From Eledone cirrhosa (Eukaryota), in contig OZ024742.1 of assembly GCA_964016885.1 (NCBI GenBank), positions 88,102,001 to 88,166,000 of the forward strand: a stretch of 64,000 bases of DNA, read 5' to 3'. Position numbers and translations under genes: made by a program. Shown piece by piece: positions 1 through 14,335 of the stretch (position 1 is the stretch's first letter; each line of letters begins with the position of its first letter). The notes under the pieces were generated by a model, which saw only the letters and a program-made list of their open reading frames with translations, had not been told where the DNA came from and searched no databases.

Positions 1-850
1 TTTAGTAGTTATTGACCGTAACTCCCGTATAGTTTATAATGAGTTTATATGAGGCTGCCAATCATTTCTGTATAAGCTTTAAACATAATGAGAGGATAAT
101 TTTCCAAAAATGACAGGATGAAAAATCGGACAACGACATACACCTTCAGCACGTTCATCCCACTCAGTCTCATCAACCCCTTCATAATTTTTCACGAAGG
201 AGTTGAACAAAGAAAATCCTACAATTGTACACTTTGTATGATAAAGCGCTGAGTTTCTGGTGCCCATAATTAATCTAATGTTGATGGCCATGGTAGTAGC
301 GTATTGAATCCCAACATCCATGTCTTTCAAAGACAGAATTGTTATATAGTTATATCCGCGTTGTTAGGGGCTAGGTTAGATTGGTGCTTTTCTAATATGT
401 CTTATATATTTATCAAATTATTAGAGAAAAAAGTAAGACCCATAATAGAAAAATTCAGAGTGACACGAATTCATTATTCAGAAGTAGGTTACAGTTTATG
501 AACATAACGCTAGTGTCTGGGAATCCCATATTTGTAGGCCGTTTCGAGAGTTGAAGGGATAACGGGGCGAATAATTATAGAGAATCCAGTTTTCGAGTGA
601 TCCATGTGGTTTAAAGCCGTCGGTCACTGTACCAATGTTTGGATACGGACATTTTGGGTTATTTTTGAAATCTTGATTAATCATCCACCACCATTTGAGG
701 AAAATTGTTTCCGGTATATGTGTCAGTTGATTGGACATGATTAAACATACAGGAAAGGAAAGTCGATTGATACATTACCAGTTGTCGCATTCTTACGTAT
801 TACGTTACATAGGTCGGCCAACACGTTCACACGCTGATTATGAAGGATAG
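1..850 (-). pseudogene. Highly degenerate Penelope-like reverse transcriptase remnant
   Basis: Minus-strand pieces such as IRLIMGTRNSAL resemble the GIPMGTxxAP RT motif; many stops and frameshifts. Confidence 0.3.
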
Positions 851-1648
851 ATGCTACAGCTGTTAATTGTGCATTAATAATTATAGAGAATCCAGTTTTC
901 GAGTGATCCATGTGGTTTATTGCCGTCGGTGCATTAATTTCAAATATTCTATTAATAACTTCATTGTTCCTTTTCCAAAGACTATGTTGAAAAATATGAG
1001 AGTATATTGGTCAGCCTTTGACTATTTCAGCTCATGAAACTTTCAGCCGATCCTGTTCTTTCAAATATGAAAACTGATTACAAGTGTGTCTGTCCACTAC
1101 ATGTCCCATCGTCGACACTGGCTGATGCCAATGATTTCCAAAGCGCATAAATCGCACAGAAAATCCGAAATAGTATTCCTGACTTAAATATTAGACATAT
1201 TAATCGTGCATCAATTGAAAAGGCAAAGCATTTAATTCTCTTTAAATATGATATGTTGATAGCAGTGAATCTGCTGATAGCAGTGAACCTACAAATAGTG
1301 AGAGAGAAAGAAAAACAGAATAATCTAAGGAGAAATAATTTAAAAAATAAAAATAAATTAATTGTTAAAATCCATTATTTTTGTTAGGAGATAATTTGAG
1401 ATTGGTATGAATAAACTGTTAAGAAATTAACACAGTTGTTTCTTAATTAGAATCAGTTAAACATTAAAGACTACGAACTGCGGACAGTGTCACTTGAACT
1501 TTGAACACAAGATAAGAGCGATATATTTGATAAATACTATTAATCAAGTTCCTAAACAAATTAATAGATCAAGGAAAAAAATATGTCCTATCTACCCACA
1601 CATGTATTCCTGCACACACACACACACACACACACACACGTACAACCA

Positions 1649-1716
<68 letters not shown>

Positions 1717-2276
1717 TATACTTATATATATGTGTGTGTGTGTGTGTATATCTGTGTCAATGGGTGTCTGTAAGAGTGTGTTTGCGTTTACATGTGCGTG
1801 TGCAAAAGTCAAGATACAAAATCGTTTTCAATAATTCACTATCAATCAGGAAATACAGAGGGTTAACAAGATATAAGAGATTTTGTCTTTTTGTTCAAAG
1901 CCATTAATTTATCAGCGTTACGAATCAGGTTATTGATTTTGTGTTTGATCATAACATAACGACACGTTTAGAAAATTAGTTTCGAAACTTATCGCTGTTA
2001 TGTTTATATTATGTGAGAGGAAAGTAATCAAATATTATATTTTCCAAAGAGCGTTTATATGTGTGATAGTTAGAAGATTTTTATTCGTGTGTGTTCACTG
2101 ATGTGGGATTCTCAAATACGGCGTTTTAATAGAAACACGTCATTGTATCACTACTGTATACGTCATTGTTTGTATCTTCCTTAATGTCTAAATAAAGACG
2201 AACTTCGTTGATTAAGCACTAATCGAAGCAAAGTTTTAAATGAATACTAAAACACTAAAACAAAGAATATACAATA

Positions 2277-3781
2277 CTAGCAGTTTAGTCCGGCGTTGCT
2301 CGGGTTTGTTCTTTCGCTATGAAAAGTTACATACAGGTAAACGTGGCTTGAAAGCGAATAAGCTTATCAATTAAGTGCATAAAGCAGTTGAACCGGTTGT
2401 TAAAAGTTACGAACCAATTAGCATTTTGGAAATCAATGATGGGTTAATAATCTTCCAATAGAGAATTTAGCAGACCAAAGTTGCAAGATGGTGGCCCTGA
2501 TTCCGGCTGGGTGTCAGATCTGTCCGCCATGGGTGACCCTACAAGGAAAGAGTTTTCCAGACGGCATAGCTCCAACACCTCCAACACCTGCACCAATATC
2601 TATAGCACCTCTTTGTAGACGCGATTGCGTGTCATCCCTTGAGGAGTGTAAGCAAAAAGTCGATTCCTGCTCCCTACGCGGTAACAGGCAACATAAAGTT
2701 GGCCATGGGAGAAGCATGGCTCCCCGAAATGGATGCCCGCCACCGACAATGTTTCCGCTTGTGACTTGTTAATGGACATGGCTAAACATGGTGTCACTGG
2801 GAATTGGGATCGCCGGAAATCGAACGGGATATCTGACGCCGAGGGAAAAAGATTCATCCTTGGCAGTGTATCGGCAGAATTGCCAGAAGTACAACACTAT
2901 GGGTGTTGTCATATTAATATTTAAGTCGTAAAAAATAAATAATTTCAACATTCCCATCCATATGTCTATAGCAATAATCTCTTATATGAAGTGTTATTTT
3001 GCGGGTTATTTGCAATAAGCCTATATAAAATGCCCCAGAAAAGCCGTATGTCAATACGAACCTCCAATGACTCCCTCAGCAGTTAAATTATAGAGAGGAG
3101 GAATAATCTATTATAGAGAGCGGGAAGAGCGACGGAGAGAGTAAAGTTAAGAAACTATAGAGAGGTGTGTAAAACAGTGTTGTCATATAGAGATTGATGA
3201 GTGACAGAGAGAGAGTAAAGCTAAGAAACTATAGGGAGGTGTGTTAAACCTCAAAACATGAAGTGAGTAAAGCAGTTAAATTATAGAGAGGGGGAATGAT
3301 CTAATACAGAGAGAGGGAAGAGCGACGGAGAGAGTAAAGCTATGTTTGTTATATAAATTGATGCGTTGCCTAGTTTTCAAAGTTTATGTCGCGTTCCCGA
3401 ACGAAGTTTTGTCGCTGTTGGAAACTGTAATGGTGATAGTGTAGTAGAGTGAGGCATTAACCTTTTAAAGAGAGTTGCAGATGAGATTGAGAGGTGAGTA
3501 GAGGGAGGGATGAACCTTTTAAAGAGAGTTGCAATATGTATGTAGTTTCATAGATTGTTGAGGGTAGTAGAGAGAGGGATTAAGAGTGTATAGCATGTAT
3601 TTAGTTTTATAGATTTTTTCATAGAAGCAGGAAACTTTTGGCATAGTTTATTACGCATTAACCATAGGTGGTAAATGTGGAGCACATTGGGGAAAAATCA
3701 TCAAAATCGGTAGAGAAATGTGCAAATGCATAAAAGTCATACACACACACAGACAGATATCTTCCGTTTTTTATATATAGA
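2277..3781 (-). mobile_element. Non-autonomous Helitron
   Basis: Minus strand starts TCTATATATAAAAAACGGAAGATATCTGTCTGTGTGTG and ends with hairpin CCGAGC-AAC-GCCGG, 9 nt, then CTAG followed by T. Internal GA-rich tandem duplications at ~3077-3600. Confidence 0.7.
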
Positions 3782-3925
3782 CATAATGACGCATTATATA
3801 TATATAGTAATAAAATAAATGTGAAGACTAAAATCCGTAGAGGCTATTACACATATTCGTTAAGGATAGTATATATATATATATAAATATATAAAACATT
3901 AGAGCAAATATTTATTAATATATAT

Positions 3926-4000
<75 letters not shown>

Positions 4001-4116
4001 TATATATATATATATATTAAAGTAGCAGATTAAAGTTAAAGCAATGAATCGCCGTTTTCGCCCTTAACGGGATCTTCTGAAACTATTCGTATTTTAGTCT
4101 TCACATTTATTATTAT

Positions 4117-4201
<85 letters not shown>

Positions 4202-4221
4202 TATAAATATATATATATATA

Positions 4222-5434
4222 TTAGACCTGAAAAATGCTCAAGCTCAAAAGAGCCACATAATGTTATGATAAACCTTCAAAAGTGTGGGACTAGAGTTGT
4301 TGCTCAAAAATATTGTAGTCATTAGCTATCCTACACTCTGCGGCATCCTTTTATAAAAAAGAGACTCATAACGAACTCAAGCCGACGCGATAATTATTTA
4401 AGCTAATCTTCAATATCTCATATTAGATGTTTAGTAAAGATTAATACGAAATGCACTTAAACCGTATTCAATATTATAAATTCACTTAAATAATTATCGT
4501 GTCGTCTTGAGTTCGTTATGAGTCTCTTTGTTATAAAATGATGCCACACAGTGTACGATAGATAATGATTACAATATTTTTGAGGAACAAATCTAGTCCC
4601 ACACTTTTGAGGTTCATTATAACATTCCGTGGCTCTTTTGAGCTTGCGCAATTATCAGGTCTAGTTTAAATTTTGTTTAAGGCAACGCTTGTAATAACTC
4701 TAGTTAAACCTGATACATATATTAATAATAAATGATCGTTATTTTAAGAATGATCTTATAAATATTATTGTAACATGTATAAAAATATTTTCGGACTTTC
4801 AATATAAACAACTACAAAAACAATCAATATTAAATAAATATATTTTACATAATAATTGTTATAGTTGAATTAATAAGAATTAAATATTACATAAAAATAG
4901 TGTAACATAACAATATAAAAATAATGTAACATAAAACGAACAATAATAACAATACAAGTAAATATGATACAACCAATATTATAAGCATGTTATAACGAAC
5001 TGAAAAAAACTAATTAATATAAATTTCAAAAATCATATATAAATTAACAATATAAATTACCAAAACGACAAAAATATTTTGATGATAAAACGACGAAATA
5101 CTAGAGGAAGATTCGAAAGCGAAAGGATATATAAACGTGAAAATAAAATGGCGGATGCTTTTGAGCAACAATTACTCTCGTTGGTTGATTTGCGAATATG
5201 ACGATGAAATTAGCCAATAAGACGATACATCACAAAATATGTTTGGCAGGGATCACCACGGCCATGGATACCCCTTGATTTTTTTATTCACAAGCTAACG
5301 CATCTATGTTATTACATTACATTTGTCATGTCAAACAAAGACACGTAGACTTAACACATTTTGTTGTTAGTCACTGCGTGTCTAACAGAACACGCAGACT
5401 TAAAACGTTCTATTGTTAGTCACTGCATGTCTAA

Positions 5435-5437
<3 letters not shown>
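4222..5437. mobile_element. Repeat element with a ~180-bp fold-back at one end (copy 1)
   Basis: Arms ~4222-4402 and ~4484-4663 are reverse complements. The whole ~1.2-kb block recurs at ~21448-22590. Confidence 0.75.
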
Positions 5438-5502
<65 letters not shown>

Positions 5503-6338
5503 TAAATATATAATGAGTAGGAACGAGGCGTTCAAATGCCATTAAGTTCATGTGGGACGCGCGTTTAACGATTTACCAGCTCCAGGTACGATCCGTATCT
5601 ATCAGAACCGATTCTGGATTCAATAGTTCATTAGACCCGTGGTTTTCTTAATGACGGTGTATACCTGAGTACGTATCATTTCTCATTCACTTGAAGTATT
5701 CCGTTACTCCATGCTTTGATTTGTTGACTGGGGGGAGAGAATATAGTATAGAAGAGAAGAGGTAGAAAGGAAAAGACACTAGATGAAAGCGAAATAAAGT
5801 GAAGTGATGAGGAAGCGAAAGAAAGATAAATGGAATGGGACTAAGGAAAAGAAGGTCTAAGGGGAAGCATTCAGCATATCTAGTAGTAGACAGTGTAGAT
5901 GAGGATCAAAGGGCTGAAAGGTAGATGTTTTGGTGTACGATATGATAGGTAGGAGTAGGGGCTGAATCTGAATGGGGGATAAAGAGAAAGGGAAGAAAAG
6001 AGGGTATGCAAATGTGAGAAAAGTTGGACTCCATACTAAGTAATGCGGAAGTTTGTATAAGCGTAATATTTCCGCTAATATAATTTGCATTCTGTACAAT
6101 AACATTTCATGAAACTTTAAATATATACACATACACTCACACAGCGGGAGAATAGACGAGCGCCCGGTTCAGTTATGGGGTTAAAAAAGGAGGATCGCAA
6201 ATATTGGCTTGGAAATAACTCTTCCTTCTTGCACTTACATTATAGCCAGGGACGAACCGTTGCAGAAGTGACAGTAACGGTGCTGAATTTTAAGACGTGG
6301 TAGGTCTTTCAGATTCCGCTGGGATCCCAATTTAAATA

Positions 6339-6508
6339 CCGTATTTCCCGGCACCGAAGACTCTTTGTCCTCGAGGACGCACCCTAATTTTGCCAATCGA
6401 AAATTTGAAGAAAAAAACGATAAATTACTTTCAGCCTCCAGGACGCATGGTAGATTTTTGAGACTTATTTTCGGAATGATGTAGCGCCTTCGACGCCGGG
6501 AAATACAG
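6339..6508. mobile_element. Tc1/mariner (pogo/Tigger-type) MITE
   Basis: TIRs CCGTATTTCCCGGC ... GCCGGGAAATACAG; TA on the left flank, CA on the right. Confidence 0.65.
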
Positions 6509-8551
6509 CAAATAAAGAGAGTATTCTGGCAGATCATTCGTTGACATAGTCATAAGACGACACGCTTAGGTTTGCTATCACAAACTAGACTGGAGTGTGG
6601 CTTCCTGACGAAAAGTGCATGCGCATGGCATGGAGGGAATAAATTGTTATTTCCTAAATTCGGTCACAACAACATGTGATGAAAATGAACTGTATTTCGG
6701 GACGAAGACTAACCTCTCTGACGCTTAGAACACCAGAGTAGTTAAAGAGCTCTAATGTAACTAAGCATGTAGGTGGATCAATTTCAGCCTCTGATGTTAG
6801 AAACCTTAAATTAAAAAAATATATATTCCATGGTTGACTCGTGTGTGGCCTGGATCTATAGGAACTGACTAAAGCAATGGCAATTGGGAGTGATAATTCC
6901 AATTTTTAAAACAGGAGACAATAGACATTATGTAAATATAGAGGAACATTCTGGCGATGTCTCCCTGGTATGTAACATTGTAAATGTCTGACAAAGAGAT
7001 TTAGGATTATCGTCGCGTCTGGTTTATGTTAGAAAGAGTGGTTCCAACCCCATACGCAGCACAGTCAACCATATATACACTCTGTGAGAGGAAATCGAGA
7101 AATGTTCGGTGTGTTGCCAAGAGATATTTGCTCGTTACATAGCCCTTGAAAATATATACGACTGCGTTCATCGAGATTATTGTGGAAGGTTTGGCAGAAG
7201 CATGGAATCAATGGCCATCGAACAATTTCATTGCAAATGCATCGAACTTGCATCGACAGCAGCATGATAAATAGAAACGTAACGACACCTAACCCAGACA
7301 GATTGTTGACATTAGGATAATCAATAGATGAAAAGACGTAGGAAATTATACAAACTACCTAATAGAAAAAAACAACTATAGTAACAGCAAAGACATTGCT
7401 AAAAATAGCTACGGCAACATGATAAACGACATAAGTAATTACATCAACGTAATAAATATATACAGTTTAAACGCACGTGACCTGCAGATCATGTATTGAT
7501 AGATATATTCCTGTACTTCTGGGAAACTGCATTGATCTAGTACGTAACACAATATTCTTAGACCCGTATTCGTAAACCACCATCACAGAAATTAAAAACA
7601 ACATGGGGAATGCTCCTGTTTCAGTCTCGTCCATTAATGATTGTAATCATAGATATAGTCAAAGAATTAAAGTGTGTAACTTATACACCCAGAGGGAAAG
7701 CTTTCGAAACATTCTCAAGCAGTTCTAACTGTCTAAACGGTTTCGACTTGACTTCTAATAAAACAATAATAGTTTCAAGAAAGTGTAGTTGGTTATCCAG
7801 TTCTTACGTATTGTTTTCATGAAGATATAGTTAGTTTACTTTGCTCAGTTTAGAGTAAATTGGGTAATATTAGAATATTTAGTATGGGCTTAATATATCG
7901 ATTAAAACAGCTGGCTCCAGATAACCAACTAGTATATCCTCCATAAAAAAAAATATATTACTAATCAGTATGAAAAAATGAACAAATGTATGAGAAGAAA
8001 TCCCGCTCACAGGTTTCTGCTTCATTTTATAGGTAGACGTAACACAAAATGAATATCAACCATAGTACACCTTGGCTATAGCTATATTTATCGAACTAAG
8101 ATGGCATGTAAAATATTTAGTAGGTTATAACATGTAACACGAAGGTTCGGTAATTAGTTGTAAGTACACATGACGGAAAACTAATGAAAATCTCGCAACC
8201 CTTGTTCAATAATCGTCAGAGCATCAAAGGTGTCAAAACTGACAGCGAATTTGTTTAATTTACGAAAAGAACGGTAAAATCTACACATTTCTGAGATCCT
8301 GAAGCGCACAACGCCACATCTTGAGATAGTAGAGAAAGCTACGTCATGCTTGGTGTCAGGGGTGAATGCTGCTGGAAATCTGTCCCGAAGAAAACCACTT
8401 TATCTATTTAAGATGACACAGAAGAAATAGATTTTTGTGAAGGAATACAAACACGAATATAGAAGAAAAGAAGAAAGGAATGTCTGTCAAATAAAAATAA
8501 CTCTCAGAAAATATCAAATGAATTACGTGCATCCCTGATTTCTTAGTCTAA

Positions 8552-8855
8552 TTCATTCATTCATTCATTCATTCATTCTTCTTCTTCTTCTTCTTCGCCT
8601 ATTTAATTCTGAGTTAGTCGTGGGCCCAGATTCCTGAAACACTCCTAGCAGCGGATTCTGTCAGAAGCTGCAGTCTCCAATTGATCCCCAAGCTAGATCA
8701 TCCAAGTTCTTAGACATAATCCAAACACTGGCTCGAGGTCTACACCTGGGTCTCTTGTCGGTTTGTTTTGCTTATAAAATCTATCAAGATATTCTTTCCT
8801 GAGACATTCTAGCCACATGTACGTAGTATCTGATCTGTGATCTCTCAATTCCGAC
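8552..8855 (-). mobile_element. 3' end fragment of an RTE-clade (Rex3/Expander-like) LINE with (GAA)n(TGAA)n tail
   Basis: Minus translation IERSQIRYYVHVARMSQER...KRPRCRPR; related to 52990-53620. Confidence 0.6.
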
Positions 8856-9263
8856 GTATACAAAATGCAAAATACCTCTGCTCAGATAATGGACCCAATG
8901 GCAAAATACCGAGATACATATCTGTACACTAGAATATACAACTTAAGTATTGTGTTGCCACTTTTGTGTGGGTGGAAATTCATAAACTATTTTAGTTTTA
9001 TATAATTTCTCGTATTAATCATTGTTTCATAATACTTTCATAATATATTGCATATTATAATAAATAACGCTCTTGTATACCTCATAATCACAATTTCAAA
9101 CAATTTGGTTGTCCAACGAGACATGGATTATAACGGCTATGTATATACTTTTTAACTATATTCTATGAGCAATCTCACGTGGCTAATAAATAAATCAACC
9201 TCATCATCGTGATCATTTTTATTATTCTTATTGTTTTTGTTGTTATTATTAGCGATGTTGTAA

Positions 9264-9482
9264 GGATGGTGAATTGGCAGTATTGGTACACCGCCTGAAA
9301 ACATGCATTGTTGCATAGAGTTACGGCCCTTTACGTCCTGAGTTCACATCCCGTCGAGGTTAGCATTGCATTTCACACTTACGAGGCCGATAAAATAAAG
9401 CACCAGTAATGCACTGGTGACTATTTATCGACTTTCCGCCCCCCTTCAAATTGCTGGCCTTGTGCCTAAAGTAGAAACAATT
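9264..9482 (+). mobile_element. tRNA-derived SINE (long variant)
   Basis: A-box TGGCAGTATTGG, B-box-like GAGTTCACATCCC, central domain, 3' GCTGGCCTTGTGCCTAAAGTAGAAACAATT. Confidence 0.85.
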
Positions 9483-10062
9483 ATTATTCATGTCGTTGTT
9501 CATTGTTTGCTGTTATTAATTCTAATTTGATATTGTTGCTATTTATCAAATTTTATGTCTATTTTTTGCTGTAGAATTATTCCACCCACACTTCTTTCGT
9601 TTTAACTCATTCATCTCACGAGCGAACTGTCACACGGTCGGACGGACACGATTCGTCTTTTACTTATATAGATTTGTGAGTTATGTCAGTAGGTGTGCCT
9701 CTATTCGCCCCGATGTTTTTCTAATTTGTTTTACCAGCCAAAATTGATTTTTTTTATTTCGATTATTACATAAAAAAAGATTCAGAATAATATTGATTTT
9801 GTAACTTTATAACAGAGGAAGCATTATTGTTTTATTTTTGTTTTTTTTACAATTCGCGTCCAACTTGCGTCCAGAAAAACAAAAACAAAACTCCATATCG
9901 ACAAGCAGTGAAATTTAATTGAATTATTCGGCTTCCTCTCTCATACCGTTGTAAGACAACAAGTGTTATATCTTAGTAAACGATATTCATCTAAGTTGTC
10001 CAACAAACACCCGCTGCAAGAAAGGCGTTTTTGTGTTATTGCTTTTTTTGACGTCATTATTT

Positions 10063-10231
10063 TCGGTAGAGGGTCGGACGCCATGCTTTCTAGCATAGTT
10101 ACGTCCCTTTACGATCTGAGTTCAAATCCCGCCGAGGTTGACTTTGCCTTTCATCCTTACGGGGTCGATAAAATAAAGTACCACTGAGGCACTGGGTAGT
10201 TGCTGGCCTTGTGCCTAAAGTAGAAACAATT
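10063..10231 (+). mobile_element. tRNA-derived SINE
   Basis: GAGTTCAAATCCCGCCGAGGTTGACTTTGCCTTTCATCCTTACGGGGTCGATAAAATAAAGTACC; same family. Confidence 0.9.
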
Positions 10232-10299
10232 ATTTTCAAATTTCAAAAGAGAAACAATAACACAAAATCTGTTAAACACAGATATACTTCACTTCCTAG

Positions 10300-10840
10300 A
10301 ATATTCGGTTTGTACTTATCCTATTAAAGAAAAAAATCCATCGACACAATTTCTTTACATCTTTTTTCATATATGGTTTCACGAGGAATTTTAAGTTTAA
10401 AATAGCCTTCAGTTCTCGGGGAACTGCTTCAAAGAAAAAATACCAGTTATCAGAGAAACACAGCTTAAATATAAATAACGATACAATCATAATATTTGCA
10501 GCAAATGAGGAAAGTTTTTCAGTGGAGAAATAGCTCCTTTATAAAAGAACCGCAACAGCATTCGGAATGCACGTACACGTACACCGTCAAATGAAATTGT
10601 TTTGGGGGTAATCCATTATAAATCTTGGCATGGGTGTTTTCTAATAGCCGGTTATTTGTTAGGGCACATATAAATGAAGGCATGATTGTATGCCAATATA
10701 ATGTCACAAACTGGTGCTCTCTCAGTCCGAACGTCACAGCAGGGAGGATTTTAAATTCTTTCTTTCCACAAATTGGATATTTCATTGCAATTCCGAAAGA
10801 GCAATTAGAAGAATACGTATTTGGTACATTCATACCTCCT
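10300..10840 (-). pseudogene. Possible degenerate BTB/POZ(-BACK) coding fragment
   Basis: A minus frame not in the ORF track reads TISFDGVRVRAFRMLLRFFYKGAISPLKNFPHLLQIL*LYRYL, resembling the BTB pattern xFxxLLxFxYxG; stops and frameshifts present. Confidence 0.3.
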
Positions 10841-12554
10841 ATATCGGGTAAAAATGAACGATAAACATACATTGCGCTGTTTTAAAAGATTATTATTCAC
10901 GAACACACGTTCATGAATATTTATGAGAGTTATCCCCACTACTATATGAAGAAGGGCAGACAGGAAGCTTGAACATTCCGGTCAAAATCCAAGCCCCTCC
11001 TTACATGACATTAATCGTCATTTAAGGTCATATTTCTGAGAAGTGTTAAGCAGAGGAAACCAGTAAAAAGGTCAGCAGAGCCGGGAGTTTGTTTTTTCTT
11101 AAAGCAACCTCACGCTCAAATCCTGAGATGTCGGAATCTATCAACATTAGTTCCAAGAAAGGAAACGGAATCTCATGCAAGTGCTGCTGGCCATAACTAG
11201 AAAAGTGAGTGATTAGTAAATAGAAAAGAACAGTTGCAACAACATCAACTGTGTGCTACTAAAGAAGTGGGTGACACGTATATGCTCTATTTATCATTAC
11301 CAATCTATTTCCATATAAATATTAGTACAACATTGAGGTAGATTCATAGAATGGAAAATTGTACCATAGTGAATAATCGGACCCTAAAGACAGCAATAGC
11401 AAGCGTTTAAAAGTATTTCATAATAAGCGATCCTGGAAATGTTATACTTAGGAAATCTCATGGAGGATTTATAGGAGTATTTGGAATCCTGGTGTGCCAT
11501 AAGCACCACCGCTCTAGATTGAATATCATCTTCCGTACTCCACAACATTCAAATAACGAAGCCTATCAATCGAAGATAACGGAAATGACAAGGGTTAAAA
11601 ATCATTACAGGTCTATAAATAATCGTTCTCATGAGGAACAGTAAAAGGCCACTGTCCGTTCAAATATATGAAATACCGAATGGACATTTAAGATTTAACA
11701 AACAGCAAGTTCATGACAAAGTAAACAATAGCAAAAACAAAACATGAATATCTACCACCAGAAATTCAATGACAAGAAAGCTAAACTACTTAAAATACCT
11801 CAATCTTTGAAAATGACAATAAAAACGTCAACATAACAAAACACAATGTGATTGTGAGTGGAAATGTAGCCTCAATTTTAGAGGCTCAAATATGTAATAT
11901 AATCTGTATACGTAATGTTGTCTATTATTTATATCTCTCTCGTAGCATTGTGTCCAAGAGGAAATAAACTTTTGTAATCCATAAATTGTTAGAGCTGTCT
12001 AAGTGCGAAAGTGTTTCGAGAAGAGTATCAAAAACAGCTCCAGCAAGAACCCACAGAAAATCTCTCAGACAGTACATAGAATAATGATATTCTTGACGAG
12101 TGAAGGCACCTTTTATGCACACATAGAAATAAAGGCCAGCAGTGTATAGATCTCGAAGAAAACGTAACAAGATTTGCTCTTACTGTGAATCTGGAGTTTA
12201 GCAAACCCAACACTATACAACTGTGGCTGGACAGTATTGAATGTAAAATGTGAATCTTATATTTTAATCTGATTGGGTGTCACACTCGATTCGAATACTG
12301 AATATTTTAGCCCATATCACAAACAAAAGGCATTTCCATATTTTCTTCATAACATACAACTCTCCTCAAATCATAACTAATAATAATATATTTGGTAGAA
12401 AATCTGTAATTTCAGCTATCTAGAAGATTTTCGTCCAGCCAGAATTCCCAATGTTATATTGAGGTATTTGCAAGGAAATATACTTCTATCCTTCTAAAAG
12501 TGTCGTCAATAATATCATTAAAAATAACGGTATTTCCAACCCCAGCCTTAATAA

Positions 12555-12685
12555 TAGTTTCTACTTTTGGTACAAGGCCACCACTTATCCCAGAACATTA
12601 CTGGGCCTTTATTTTATCGACTCCGTAAGGATGAAAGGCAATGTTAATCTCTGTGGGATTTGAACTCAGAACATAAAGGGCCATT
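12555..12685 (-). mobile_element. tRNA-derived SINE, partial
   Basis: Reverse complement of the SINE 3' two-thirds. Confidence 0.8.
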
Positions 12686-13609
12686 ACTAATAACAAGAAA
12701 TATAAATGAAATAATAAGCGTAGGGTAGAATATACCATTACATTCAAAACAAGTTGAAATAATAGCAATAAAGACATAATTGTTAAACATAGTAATACTA
12801 ATAGAATATAAACTGAAAATCTGGATAAACACCGCTTCTATTCTGTGACCAATAATGTGACCAACAACCAAAACATGCCTCGCAAACACCCAGCACATAC
12901 AAATGTATCTATTCTATAATACAAATCTCTTTGGATACCCTCAAAATATACACACGCTTACTCCTCGTAATCTTCAGTTATATACTTGAAGCAATAATTT
13001 CCTTTCTGTGGTTGATTCAAGTAATCACCAATAAAAGAAAAACGGAAATTAACCGAAAATAATCTATATGGGTCAATTCTCATTATGCGATGAAAATAGA
13101 CTGAAATATACCTATATTATGCTTTGATAGACTGGGACAAATTTCTTCCTGACAATATATATTATGAGTAAATAAATAAAAAGGCAGCGAAAGTATCTTT
13201 CATAACATCAAACATTGCTCATGTTTTAGTATTCAACAACCATAAAAAAACTTTATAAACATAACACTGAATAAAACTTTCTTGAAAATTATAATTCACA
13301 AATCAACCCACCTATAGGATATAATAGCAATCATACTACTGACATTAATGAACACATGAATGATATTGTTAACACCCTCATATAATATATATATTAACAA
13401 TGTTATATCGCACTATAAATCATTTACACCGGATTACATAATTGATGGGTCTCTTGCTCAATTAGGCAAAATTGTCTTAGATATAATGTTACCTACAAGT
13501 AAGAAAACCGAAGAGATTACATAGGAGGAGTGGCAAATATATATATATATATTTCCATATACTGTACCGATTGTGTTGTTATTTATGTTTACCTTATACA
13601 CACACACAC

Positions 13610-13682
<73 letters not shown>

Positions 13683-13728
13683 TATAAATAAAGATCCGAA
13701 GACGTGGTATAAATTTCCAATCATTTTA

Positions 13729-13800
13729 ATCACGACACATGTTTCAATAAGAGATAGATCGTGCAGCCATGATCGATTATCACTGATATCGTCAGGTGAT
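13729..13800 (-). ncRNA. Type I hammerhead ribozyme (family B), core intact
   Basis: Minus RNA: AUCAC-CUGACGA-[stem II]-GAAA-CAUGUG-UC-GUGAU; stem I AUCAC/GUGAU. Confidence 0.8.
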
Positions 13801-13942
13801 AATGAATTGGCTTCAAATCCTTGATATGAGGGAGAACATTTTACGATGTTCAATTTAACGATCTTCATATGGGGTCAAGACTCTAGTGAGTGAACATCGT
13901 TAAATTTTCTCCGTCCTATCAAGGATTTGAAGACAATTCAAT

Positions 13943-14018
13943 ATCACCTGACAAGTTCTGTGATAATAGATTATGGCCGCACAATCGATCTCTCTCTTAT
14001 TGAAACATGTGTCGTGAT
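13943..14018 (+). ncRNA. Type I hammerhead ribozyme (family B), core mutated (CUGACAA)
   Basis: ATCAC-CTGACAA...GAAA-CATGTG-TC-GTGAT; inverted copy of 13729-13800. Confidence 0.6.
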
Positions 14019-14191
14019 TAAAATGATTGGAAATGTATACCATTCCTTCAGATCTTTATTTTGATACAAATACTCCGTTTTACATATTCTAGCTGTTCCC
14101 ATAAATGGAATTGGAGACATACAAAAGCGTGGAGACTTAATATTGCTAACAACAGTTTATTGGACCGTAAGACACAACCAATAATACACCT

Positions 14192-14335
<144 letters not shown>

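Noticed and set aside
4044-4085. Hammerhead-like CAGAAGA-UCCC..GGGC-GAAA on minus
   Set aside because: Core altered and neither stem I nor stem III pairs convincingly.
5552-5640. Hammerhead-like CUAAUGA...UAAA-CGCGCG-UC on minus
   Set aside because: Two core changes and no stem I; at most a relic, so not listed as a feature.
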